Source: Botryllus schlosseri
Taxonomy: Eukaryota
Length of the DNA stretch: 64,000 nt
Direction of reading: 5' to 3'
Assembly (NCBI GenBank): GCA_051294905.1
Contig: CM119371.1
Location: 37,822,001 to 37,886,000, forward strand
Shown: piece by piece, positions 28,766-40,391 of the stretch
Layout: each line of letters begins with the position of its first letter
Position numbering within the stretch: position 1 is the first letter of the stretch
Notes under the pieces: model-generated
The model's input: the letters and a program-made list of their open reading frames with translations, nothing else
Told to the model about the DNA's origin: nothing
Database searches by the model: none
Program-made: the position numbers and the translations under genes

Positions 28766-29371
28766 TAGGGTTGTTCAAAAAAAACTTTTTTTTCCAAATC
28801 TCACTCGCCTGGTGACTAAATGGTCAGGTTGTCCAAGAAAACAATGCACACCAAATTTGACTCAATTCCAACCAGTCAAGGCTGTGCAATCTTGAATTGA
28901 AATTTTTAATTTATTAATAAAAATAAAAAAATAAAAATTCTCAAATTTTTCTGTCAACCCCATGAAATTGTTGAGCTGTCTTCAAAGACGATGCAAAACA
29001 AATTTGAGTCAATTACGACTTGTAGAAGCGGAGTTATTCGCGTTTTTCGTTGATAATTGTCGGATTATCCTTGATCCGGGGATTATCAACGAAAAACTCT
29101 AATAGTTCCGCTTCTACTAATCGGAATTGACTCAAATTTGTTTTGCATCGTCTTTGAAGACAGCTCAACAATTTCATGGGGTTGACAGAAAAATTTGAGA
29201 AAATTTTATTTTTATTTTTAATAATAAATTAAAAATTTCAATTCAAGATTGCACGGCCTGGACTGGTTGGAATTGAGTCAAATTTGGTGTGCATTGTTTT
29301 CTTGGACAACCTGACCATTTAGTCACTGGGCGAGTGAGATCTGGAAAAAAAGTTTTTTTTGAACAACCCTA
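28766..29371. mobile_element. Fully palindromic (fold-back) MITE, ~300-bp arms
   Basis: TAGGGTTGTTCAAAAAAAAC...GTTTTTTTTGAACAACCCTA. Arms pair almost to the centre (~29070). The ggtca(t) target is duplicated on both sides. Confidence 0.92.
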
Positions 29372-29470
29372 AGGTCATATACACCAGGCCGATATTATTC
29401 ATTTTATTCTGTAGCTACCGACTTGTAGCACGGCCCACTTCTATAGGCATTTATAAGACACCGCCTACAC

Positions 29471-30336
29471 CAGGGGCGGGCAACTTCTCCAGTCGGCGGG
29501 CCGGATACAGAAAAATTAGGTACTTGGCGGGCCAGATTACTGAATCGCCCATTTATCCACGTATATAAGGAATAAATCGTATTTAATGAATGTATTTTAA
29601 CGACAGCAATGTCACTTCAAAGCCATTTCTCGCCGATAATGACGAAGACGATGTGGATTTGAGAACAGCGTTGTCATACAGGCGCCGTCATGTCTGCTTC
29701 CAACTGATCAATGAACACACGTTGCAATCCTTAATTAAGATTTCAAGGCATTCGATAAGCCCGGTACCCAAAATTTACCAAGATATCAATTTATTAGGAT
29801 TGAGTAGTTGACGAGATAGCGTCGTTGTTCAACTGTGTGGCCTAATTAGTCTCGATATTGAATTCATACGACCCGCGTCCCCCACGAAATTTGAAAAGTG
29901 ACCCGCGACCCGTTTCGAGTTGGCGGCCCCTGGCATTAGCGGGGTCTTACGAAAGCCTAGAAGTGTGCCGTGATACAAGTCGGTGGTTACGGGCTCAAAA
30001 ATAAGATATATCCGCCTGGTGTAAATAATCTTTGTAGTCGACAAACACCATGATTACCACAAACGACATTAGGGTTGATTACATCGTAAATGCCAATAAT
30101 GCAAGTCTTCTCGCTTCGACGAACTTTCGGGAAAGCTCCACTCTCTCACGCTGCGGATACACGTATATAATAACATACAGTCACTAAAATTTGACGTAGT
30201 AAACAAGAAGTGGGTAATCTCGGCAGACTGGGGCTGCGGGCCACATTATCATGTAAGACGGAAAACTGTACGCGGACCGGACAAAATCCCTTAGCGGGTC
30301 GGATCCGCTCCGCGGGCCGTATGTTGCCCGCCCCTG
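29471..30336. mobile_element. Non-autonomous hAT element containing a forward SINE 1 fragment (29937-30066)
   Basis: TIR CAGGGGCGGGCAAC; TSD gcctacac/gcgtacac. Confidence 0.85.
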
Positions 30337-32270
30337 GCGTACACGGATGAGATGACTAGGAGGAGCCTAGATAACCTCCAACAGTTAAGTAGGAGTCGAC
30401 CTCGCGAGCGCCTTAATCCCCCAGGGAATGCTGGCGCGCAATTTGGCAACCAATGCACCGCACTGCCGCCTTTTCAAAATTAGAATTGCAAAAAAGTAGT
30501 TTAGCCTCGAAACTGTATATAGTAAATGTAACCAGTTGTGTAAGTGACGCATGTAAGCAAAATTTATTCGAGTTCTTCGAGAAATTGGAAATTTGAATTA
30601 GCAAGGTTTGCGTTTAGTTATACTGAAGTTTACTGTGAATCAGTGCATCAGCATAGAGCAGTCGTTCTTGAACTTTTTAGACAGCAAACGAAATCTGAGT
30701 TCTATTGGCATGTCGCGACCCAAGCCCAACACATCAAAAAGAATACGTTTTAATATCATTATGCTACGTTTTTACGGGCATGTGTGACATAGAACGCGCA
30801 GACAACCTTTGTACGCATCGCCACTCTAAGAAACATGTCTGAGGCACGCGATTTCAAATTGGGGTGCACTATTATTCTCTGGGGCCACATTTGCACAGTG
30901 CAAATGCGGCGCCAGAGCAAAATGGTGTACTGCGTTTGCATTCTGTCTACTCGGATTGCAAGGACGGAACTGATCGGTGCTGACCATATCGACGATCGGG
31001 CATAATATCGAAAGTTTCGGCCACCCCATCGCCGGTCAATTTTGCCCAGGGTTTTATCGTCGTCGATATTTTTTGGAACCGCACTTTTCCTAGCCGTACG
31101 TTGGCTAAAACATCATGTCTTCCTGCGTTCCAGAGCGGAAGTGGTTGGTCTTGAAATACCTGTGTATCATATTCCCGCACCCGCTCGTTTCACACCTCTA
31201 TACGCTAAAGGATTCCAACGGTCTGCGACGATGCTTTCCAGAAAAACAGATGTCGGACAAATGTTATCATGAATTCAAACCAATTTGTGTAATCCGGAGG
31301 TCAGAGAGAGAGAGAGAGAGATGGTATTCTTTTTCGCCCGCACCATCGAGATGCTTTGACGACGGAGATGCGATACGGCCTTTATGGTAAAGTCATCTAG
31401 TCTGCACCAGAGTTGGATCAATTACAATAATTTAATTCAGTTCAATTACAATTACAATTACAATTACTCTCTTGCATGTTTTCATTACATTACAATTACT
31501 ATTACTCAATGCTAAAAATATCAAATTACAATTACAATTACAATTACAATCACAATCACAATTACTGTTAAACATATAATTGACTCGGTGGAGAGGTGTT
31601 CTTTGACAACCGTAGCGACGTAATTAGCAACAATCTCAAGCTATTCATGTTTCATTTATGATACGTAGAATACCCTTTACCTAAAAAAAAACTCGAACGT
31701 ATTCGAACTATTCCTAATCATGAGTACTGAAAACTACAAACACAGAATAATGTTTTAAGCGACTGTTAACAACCAAAAGTTAGAGCGACTAACAGCAAAT
31801 AGGCTGCAGGACAGTTAATGAAATGCAATCAAACGATTAGGCTACTCAGAGCTGAGTGAGTATAATGAAATGTAATTGGTAAGGCATCAGCGAAAAGGAT
31901 GATACCGATGGCAAAAAAGTGTGTAAAATTTAAATGAATGAAAAAGAAAAGAACCTCCTGATAATTATGAATTACAACATTTTGGTTCGCATTTACTTTT
32001 TCACCTGCTCGGAAACTGTTTGATTGCATTTGATGAACATTAGGGTGCGAAAAGTTTCTGGCCCCAGTAAATTTGGCCAAGATTGCGTGATCAAGTTTGA
32101 TAAAGCCTTGGTTTGAAATTGAATTTCTTTTTGTAATTGTTGCAGCAAAGATTCGGTACTGGTCAAAGATTTAAAAAACAAAAACTCTGACCGTGGTGTA
32201 GGGAATGGTTCAGCGCAGGTTTCCGAAGAGTTTATTTGCTGTTCATCCATTTTTGAAATTTTCAGATTTA

Positions 32271-32941
32271 GGGCGGAGATAATAAAGTTGGCTGATCCGT
32301 GAAAACGCTAATCATGTGATTAAAAACTGCTAATCGGGACGCCTTTTAGGCGGAGATAATAAAGTTAACTGATCCGAATAATGCTAATCGTGTGAATAAT
32401 TACTGCTAATCGCTACACCTACAGTTGAAAAAGGTTACGAGCGATGTTTAGTCGAGGTGTCCCGAGTTTTCAATCAAGTGGCGTTATCTGCTGCGTCATA
32501 ATGTGGAAACGCGGTACAGGCGGTCAGTTGTAAATTTGTTGAATGAAACAGCAGCCTGCTGATAACGATACTGCCACTGTAATAGGTAGAATTATTATCA
32601 TCATCACAAAATGAAAGTCGTGTCCAACTCGTACGGTACAGCTAAGAAACGAATTATAGAATATTAATGTTGTTCTGCAATGGTGGGTGCATAATTAGTT
32701 GATTGTTTAGTGGAGCCATTACCTAGGGGACAATCGACACGATCATCATCGGGAATATTTGTTCTAGGAATGGTACGCAGTGTACGCAGTTTTTATAGAT
32801 AACTAGTTGCGGTTTGTTAAATCATGAGATTAACACTAACTTTATGCGCTAGATCAACCGGTTTCCTTGATCCTGGGTTGATGAATCCTGACGAATGCGA
32901 TAATCGACTTTGTTGTAAATCCAACTTTATTATCTCCGCCC
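32271..32941. mobile_element. PIF/Harbinger-like MITE nested in 31408-33708
   Basis: 21-bp TIR GGGCGGAGATAATAAAGTTGG; 3-bp TTA TSD. Confidence 0.8.
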
Positions 32942-32952
32942 TTAGTTTAGCC

Positions 32953-33274
32953 CACTGATTCTCTAACTTTTTTTAGACACGCCCCTCTTTATGACAGTGA
33001 AATATTTCGTGCCCCCCTCATCGTCATATCACACAATGAAACCAGAATGTTAGCAGTCCTTACAGATAGTTTGATGGCATGGAAGGTTATGACTGATGAT
33101 GAGAGAATTCTCCAATATGAAATTCGGACTATACACAGATGTTGAAGTGGAGGTGAAATGGAGGTGAATCACGCCAAGCGCGGAAAAAATTTCAGTTCAC
33201 CGGAGTTTCGCGCCCCCCGTCAGATGCTTTCGCGCCGCCCAAGGGGGGCACGTCCCCCAGTTGTAGAACCACTG
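32953..33274. mobile_element. Charlie/Buster-type hAT MITE nested in 31408-33708
   Basis: Matches the family body; TSD gtttagcc on both sides. Confidence 0.85.
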
Positions 33275-34378
33275 GTTTAGCCTACATTGTAATTCACAAA
33301 GTTTTCTGTTGCTTCTGAAATATGTGAAACAGTTTAACATGGCTGAATGATCTAGTTATGACGCGGCACGCATAGAATACCGATGTAAATAGGCTAATTA
33401 TTACAGGTGGCGACTGTGTACTAAGACCTTAAGGCATTGCGGCCCCTCGTCGTCATCCTGGTCCGTACCGGATTTTCATTGGTGTGACGAATAAATTATT
33501 GATTGATTGATCATTTTATGTTGTGATTGTCAGGTTTCCATAACAATGTAATTGAAATTGTAATTGAGCAAAATTTTTATCAAATTGCAATCACAATTAC
33601 AATTACACAAAATAGAAATGCTTCAATTACAATTACAATTACAATTACATGAAAAAATGTAATTAAAAACATTTAGTAAAATTACAAATTACAATTGATC
33701 CAACTCTGGTCTGCACCCCCATTTTTTTCTCCTCCATGCTACCCGTGATTGCTGAGCGTCTAGCAGGATAGCCGCGGATACATGTTTTCGAGTCTTTCAT
33801 CTGACACGGCCGGGGATCGACCCCACGACTTACCGATCAAGAAGCCGTACGCATCACCATTACACTATCTCGCTCGGTACGGAACATTTTCATGATCTAG
33901 CCATATTGTCGCAACGACTTTTACACATGGTATAGTGCCCAATACAGTGCTGTCGGACATGTACAAACTATCCACAGGAAATTCGTTGCAAAAAATTCAA
34001 CAAACATTACATACATAGTAAAAGATAGTTCTGTTATACGGTAGCGACCCAAATTACACCCTTCTCGACCCATGTTAGGGTCGAGAGTCTCGAGACCCAT
34101 ACTTCAAGAACCTCTGACATAGCGGTTGCAATTTCCAGCGAAATGCTGATATTGGTAGGCTACACTAGACAAAGAGTTGATTATAACATTTAAGCTATTG
34201 ATAGGCCTACATAACATACTAACTCGGTAGCAACCAATCCAGCGAGGCGGTATCGGTTTCAGTATACCTGTGCCAGCTTCAATAATAATGTCATCACTTC
34301 AAAACAGCACGATATTGCCATGCAATAAAAAAAAATGAGGAGTAGTGTTTTAATAAGATACCCACATTGGCCTAGAAC

Positions 34379-34961
34379 CAGGGTTGTAACCAAGTCACAA
34401 GGTTCCGAGTAACAAGTCAATCTCACTTTTATAGTTTTGACTCGAGTCAAGTCGAGTCATTTTCAATTCACCACCGAGTCAAGTCCGAGTACAAGTGTGC
34501 TAGTAGAGGCTCGAGTCCGAGTCATAGTATTTTGACTCGAGTCCGAGTCCAAGTCATTATGTTCACTGTTCAGTTTTCAGTTCAATCCGGTTAAATCCAC
34601 CTTTTTCAATTCTGCTAGAGTGATTTAGAATGGCTCGCATCCAGAATACAGTCATTTCCTCAGTCTTATCAGTTTCTGACGCTATTTTTCAAGTATCAGG
34701 ACTGATAAACGAGATACCAATAATTTGGTAACTTTACGATACTTTGAAGTTACAATGAAATGTCTGTCTTGACCGTCCTAGTCTCGAGTCATATGCCTTA
34801 TTTCGAGTCATATGACTTGGTTCGAGTCATGCACAATGACTCGAGTACAAGTCGAGTTAATACAAAAATTGACTCGAGTCGAGTCACTTTAAGCATTTGA
34901 AAAAATGACTCGAGTGAAGTCGAGTCACCAAAAATTCGCGACTCGAGTCATTACAACCCTG
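34379..34961. mobile_element. hAT MITE with GACTCGAGTC/AGTCAAGTC subterminal repeats
   Basis: TIR CAGGGTTGTAA; TSD cctagaac. Relatives at ~4455-4830, 41227-41494, 43160-43598, 48652-49196, 50840-51187 and 57221-58135. Confidence 0.88.
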
Positions 34962-35266
34962 CCTAGAACAATCGTTCTATGGAACACTAGGGCCACTGTT
35001 AGACGGTCTCAGAGGTACCGTGGAAGTGAGGACACACAATCGACTCAAACATAAGATTTGTGATGGTGATTCCATCTTCTCCATAATTGGTTTCAGGTAA
35101 CTAAGCTCGATCAGCAGCCGGATTGTGACAGTAGCGGTGAAACGCCATGTGCAGTGGCGTACGCAGGAGACGTTGGGGTTCGGAATCGAAACCACGTCCT
35201 TCTGAAATGTCAATTCCATCTTCCATATTTATAAGCTGATATGTTATTAAGAAATTGCGGGACATA

Positions 35267-35565
35267 GCGGGGGACATAGCGTAGTGGTGACGATAAATGC
35301 CTTGAAATCGGGCGGAGTCGGTTCGATTCCCGTGGGAGGTTTATCTGGGCTTCGCCCGACGAAAGAAAGTGCTCATAAGGAATGGAAAGAACTAGTAGAA
35401 AGGGCCGTGGCTTCGAAAAGATCAACATCGAAAAGAACTGTGACATGGTGAGGTGGATGTCAGTTTACAAGGATCGCTACTGATGCGTGTCGTTCGACAT
35501 CCTCCTATCTGATTATGACATCGCATTGTGTCTTATCGCATTGTACATTGTGTGTGACTAGTTCA
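35267..35565 (+). mobile_element. tRNA-derived SINE family 3
   Basis: A-box-like TAGCGTAGTGG and B-box GGTTCGATTCC. The body is shared with 56766-57122. Confidence 0.7.
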
Positions 35566-35776
35566 GATGAAAAATATAACTCAACGATTATTATTATTAT
35601 TATTGGTATCATGCGGTTGCGCATCGACAGAACAATACTATGACACTTTCCGAACGTAAAGCCTTGCATGAACTGGTGTCTGAAAGGGAACAGCAGAAGC
35701 CCCACTGATTTGCAATCAATTTTTATTGAAGGTTTTCGCTTTGTGTGAAAATTTCAATTGTACTGTTCGTTTAAAA

Positions 35777-36152
35777 TAGTGGTTCCCAACGTGGGCGATA
35801 TCGCCCCCAGGGGGCGATTTGGCGGTCTAGGGGGCGCAAATGACGAAGGGGGCGATAGGGAGCGAAAATGGACAAAGAGGGCGACAGGGGGCGAAAATAG
35901 CGAAGGGGGCGATAGGGGGGGCGATGACGCGTCAAAACGGCTGACCTTTTTTTTCAGTCAACCCACGGAAATTTAATTGCAAAAGTGTCAAATTGAACAT
36001 CGAGCCGAAAACTTGACCATTTTTTAATTTTAGTCAACCCGCCGGTGATTACAGTTTGTATGCCCATTTTTCGGTACCCAAAATTTGGGGGGCGATGATC
36101 GGTGTTGAGCTTGAAAAGGGGGCGAAGGGTCGAAAAAGGTTGGGAACCACTG
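35777..36152. mobile_element. hAT MITE rich in GGGGGCGA motifs
   Basis: TIR (T/C)AGTGGTTCCCAAC; TSD gtttaaaa on both sides. Relative at 44147-45313. Confidence 0.85.
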
Positions 36153-37789
36153 GTTTAAAACATTGTTGCTGTGTATTGTGGTGTATTTTTGTGTTTTCAT
36201 GACTTAACAAAAATCTGAAGTTCCGCGACGGCTTGCAGATTGCCGGAAATGTTCCTCGAGTTGGTCAAGGTTAAATACCACTTGCCTAGAACATATAAAT
36301 GAGAGACATACACAATGGATGAAAAGGCGCAGATGATATAATAAAAGGACACGCGGTGAAAGTGAATCTACCAGTGGCTCAAGCTTATGCCTAACGAGTC
36401 TCAGCCAAAGATAATGCTTCATTTCAATATTAATACACTATTCAATTATTACACCTGCCGCCGTCCCCGTGTTCTACTTACGTACTTATTTTGTATCATT
36501 TTAAGCCCCCAGTAGACAGCACAAGCAAAAGTGACGACTCTTTTCAGCAATCGTGTGACTTTTTAGGCAACGGCTAAACCAGATGCCAATATGGGCACTG
36601 GTCATGACCGTATGAGTCTACGCCCTTGGTACAGAAAACAACTGCTGTAAAGTGAACCTCGAGAAGTCGCGCCATACGCAAGCCAAACTTATTCAAATTG
36701 AACTACCTTGATTGCTTGATTGTTTGTTTTTTCGTTGAGTTAATTACCTGATGTGTGCGTAATCCAAGGTAGGTTTTTTTGTGCAATGCAATCCAGTTCG
36801 TTCTTCGAGTGCTCTGCTCGACGGTTGCCTGCCCTGGACGACTTGCCGAAGTCAAGCTTTTGAAGACTACTGCGGCTGAGACGGCATCTTATTCGAACTG
36901 TCACGGTGTGCTGTGTTGGAGTAATTTCTCGTTTCGACGTTCATTGATCCGTTTTGGAAGCTGTTGCTATTTTCGAAGAATTAGTAACATTCTACACAAT
37001 CCGCTCCGGCAAGACGGTCAAAGTCGTGGACGCAATCACTTTTGATAACTGCCAAGCCTCTAAAACGGTGGTCCCCGAACTTTTTTAACTTGTGGCACAC
37101 TAGAAAATTTATAAAACACTCGCGGCACACATACAAGAAAGTTGCGTTTAGAAAATAATTTACGTGATAATAAATTTCATGTGCATGATGAAACCGCGTA
37201 GACCAGGGATTCTTAAACTGGAGGCCGCAAACTGGGGGGTCCATAAAAAGCCAATGAAAATATTATTGGTTATATTTCGAGGTCATCAAATCTTTATTTG
37301 TGTGTATTTATATTCATCATATATTGAAAAAGATCAATAAAGAGAGAGCATTTCGAAACAGTCCATCCCGAAAAATTATCCCCATGACAACATTCATCTC
37401 TTGCGCACGGAAGATTTCGATTCCAGAAAGGTCTGACTTTACCGGGGCATAAATTTATCACAGCTCCAAAACCGTGTCACGAGTCAACGTAAAAGTTTGT
37501 TGATCGCATTTTCAAGAGGAGAAATCACGCACGACCAGTATAACCTTGATAAATCAAACATGTTGAAACACAAATTGCATTCTCTATGCCTTCAATTTAT
37601 TAAATCAAATATTTCATTACAAATTCATTTTATTTTATCGCGATGCATACAATTGATGCAGTTTTCGGAATTGGAATGGGGGTCACACAACACCCAAAAA
37701 TATTTTTTAGTAGCCCCGGTAGAAAATGTTTCAGAACCCGTGGTTTGGAGATTTAAGATTACTAAGCTGAATACTATACCTTAAAAGCG

Positions 37790-38012
37790 CATGAACACTT
37801 GAAGGAGCTGCTCCGCACTGCTTTGACGACATATAAGCCTGATTTCAAACACCTTGCAGCCCAGGTGAAGACGCACCGTATCAGTACACAATAATAAACT
37901 ACAGCCTATATTTAGTGTGACGGAATGAATTCGTATTTTTGTGTTGTTGCTCTTTTAAAACCATGAGATTTTCGATATGCGGCTCGCGCATGCAGCAGTT
38001 CTGCCTGCCCTT
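37790..38012 (+). mobile_element. Buster/SPIN-type hAT transposase C-terminal remnant with right end
   Basis: Translates HEHLKELLRTALTTYKPDFKHLAAQVKTHRISTQ* (GTF2IRD2/EPM2AIP1-like tail). Homologous piece at ~9585-9726. Confidence 0.7.
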
Positions 38013-39111
38013 GTCCATATATGGTCCGAGCAGGTCTTGAAACCAATCAAGTGGTTTTGAAGTCGATATCGCAGGTTTATGTCGGACTTTATCAACCACT
38101 TCTTTAGGTATGTTTCGGCTGTATTGACGCAGCAGTCGTAAACTACTATGGACGCAGTCAGCAAGTAACGATATCGGATGCCCTTGAGGTATTCAAGCGA
38201 CACAAGCGGGGATAGCATCGACAGCTCTGCTTCAGTCAAGAAGAGCTCTTTCAATCGTCGCTTTTTTCCTCTTTTTTTCTGTTCCTTGACACTTTCCATG
38301 CCATAAAAGTCGTTACATTGTCACAGTCTTGAGATGGACTAGAATGCAACCAGCGCCCGGTTCATGATGCGAGCTGTGAAGAAGGCCTGGATTTAAAAGT
38401 TTGATTTTGATTGCGAGTTAGGGACTTGCCATTCGTTCCTAGATTCGTCAACTCAAAAATCGCAGCGAGGGAGACGCTGTCGAGATGAAATTTTTGAATG
38501 ATATGCAGATATGACAACGTTAACGTGTCGTTGAATTAGCAAGTCGTTATACTGTGTCAAATCTAAAACAAGGCTTGCATATTAGATCGACCATTGTCTC
38601 CGTAACCACGCCAGTGGCACTACGCACGATCTGTTCTTCGTTGTCACGTTGAATTGGAAACCCTGAGTCCCGAAGGACAGATACGGCTGCCGACAACACA
38701 GAGCTTTCGGTTCGTCGCTTACCATCGTGTGGTTGTGCGAAATTAATAGTAGATATGTCGCTACCGACGCAAAGGTTTCAGCGAGCCTGAAGAGCAGGTT
38801 GTCCAACTATTTTGTAGTGAGAGGAATGTAGACTTACTACACACGCCAAGTGTGATTTATAAGATTGAAGCTACGCGTAAACAATTATTATTGCTGATTA
38901 ATGCTGATATTTTACGACACAGCGGTGGCTCTTATAGCCCTTGAGGCTCTGTGCAGGGGGAACACGATACTGATAGTCATTGATACAGCTACATTTAATT
39001 TTGTAGGTCTGGATTTAGGGCTGGGTTGAGGTTAGGGGTTTGGTTAGGATATATAGGCCTACATAAGGGTAATGTCACGGTTATGTTTGGGGATAGTTGT
39101 GGGGTTATAAG

Positions 39112-40391
39112 CAGAGGTGGTCAGTAACGAAGTACTTCTACTTTTTTGAAGTACTCAATTAGTTTTCCTCTACTTCTGGTACTTACTCAAGTAGATCTTT
39201 TCCCGCTACTTCTACTTCTACTTCGTAATATTTTGTGAACTACTTACTTTCTTTTCGCTATTTTCAGTTTGTCAAGTAGAAGTAGTTTAATCCCCCAATA
39301 AGAAATATAGCCTGAGGAATTTCGGGGCTGCTTTCAGGTACTACCAACATTCAATTTTCATAAAGGTCATGTAATACCCAGAATTTTCGCTGCGCTTCGC
39401 GCACAGTAGATATGTTGAATTAAAAATATGTTTTAACGAAAGTATCGCTGAATATAATTTGAATGCCAGGTTGCGTGGTTCCTTTCACACCGCATTGTCG
39501 CCTATATCAAATATTTCGTCACAGTAAGTATGGCCGCCCATAACGTTTGAAAGCACCGTTTCGCAATCTAGCAATTACTCATTATACCTAGCAGCCCATG
39601 ACGTGTTCTAATCTGGAAAAGTGGAATTTGACTTTTTTAACGTTAGACCTGTTTTAGCAAACTGACGTTGAAACTTTCAGGACAAAATACATGAAATATA
39701 TTTTCCGCTTTTTAGAAGTAGTATTTGTATTTTTCTTTCAATTACGAGTATTATAGGTTGAGGTATAATTATAGTTTCAGTTCTTTTGTCAGGGGAACAT
39801 ACATGTTGAAGTATAAAAGAAAGTGTAGTAATGCCTTATATTTTCCGAAAAAAAGAACTATACACTATATGGCATTTTACGATCTGCTATATTTTTAATT
39901 ACCGTATACTAACCGCGCAAAGTGTTAAAGCCGTATCCGACACAACTTCTCTGTATTGCTCTTCGACTGAACTAGGGGCCTTATGATATGATGGAGGGCG
40001 CCATGCCGTGATATTCTCTAAAACGGGGTGTTCGAGTGAACAAAGGATTAGTATCATCATCATCATCATCATTTAAATGCCATGATGTGGACGACTGCTT
40101 ATTATGTCAAAAATTTACACCTACTGGAATGAATTAATATGAATGAAGCCCTCTATACACCTTCCGCAAAGCCCCATTTGCTGCTTTTGACGGTCCATGT
40201 GAACGAATTACGATCGTTTTCACAACTACTTACTTACTTGAGTATATTTAAAGTCAGTCAATTCTACTTCTACTTCAAGTAGTCTTAGGTTACTTATGGA
40301 ATAAGTACTTCTACTTGTACATGAGTAGATTTTTCCGTCGCTACCTCTACTTCTACTTGAGTAGCTTTCCTGACTACTTTGACCACCTCTG
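39112..40391. mobile_element. 1.28-kb non-autonomous hAT-like element with (CTACTT)n subterminal repeats, 170 bp upstream of the paralogue C ATG
   Basis: TIR CAGAGGTGGTCA; TSD gttataag on both sides. Inverted second copy at 61929-63218. Confidence 0.9.

Larger units (their letters stand above)
28716..30405 (-). mobile_element. SINE family 1 copy split by two DNA-element insertions
   Basis: Pieces 28716-28765, 29372-29470 and 30337-30405 rejoin into the SINE 1 body. Confidence 0.75.
31408..33708. mobile_element. Non-autonomous hAT element with (ATTACA)n subterminal repeats
   Basis: TIR CAGAGTTGGATCAATT; perfect TSD gtctgcac. Confidence 0.9.
31303..33875 (-). mobile_element. tRNA-derived SINE family 2 copy interrupted by a 2.3-kb hAT element
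   Basis: 31303-31407 plus 33717-33875 match the reverse complement of 63350-63619. Confidence 0.85.

Noticed and set aside
34379..34961. GACTCGAGTC, ATTACA, CTACTT and GGATT periodic repeats as a CRISPR-like or novel array
   Set aside because: The motifs are short, irregularly spaced and confined to subterminal regions of TIR/TSD-bounded elements in a eukaryotic context, with no cas genes.
34975..35210. Diverged inverted similarity to ~43695-43905 as a segmental inversion
   Set aside because: Its order relative to the neighbouring MITE is inconsistent with one inverted duplication; more likely an old interspersed repeat.
36779..37045. ORF containing RFGSCCYF, resembling a CTLD start
   Set aside because: No following W-x-x-A-x-x-x-C motif or matching splice phase; probably chance.
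39015..39050. Telomere-like GGTTAGG/CCCTAA runs (also ~27803, 52780-52850)
   Set aside because: Only 2-4 degenerate units; not an interstitial telomere array.
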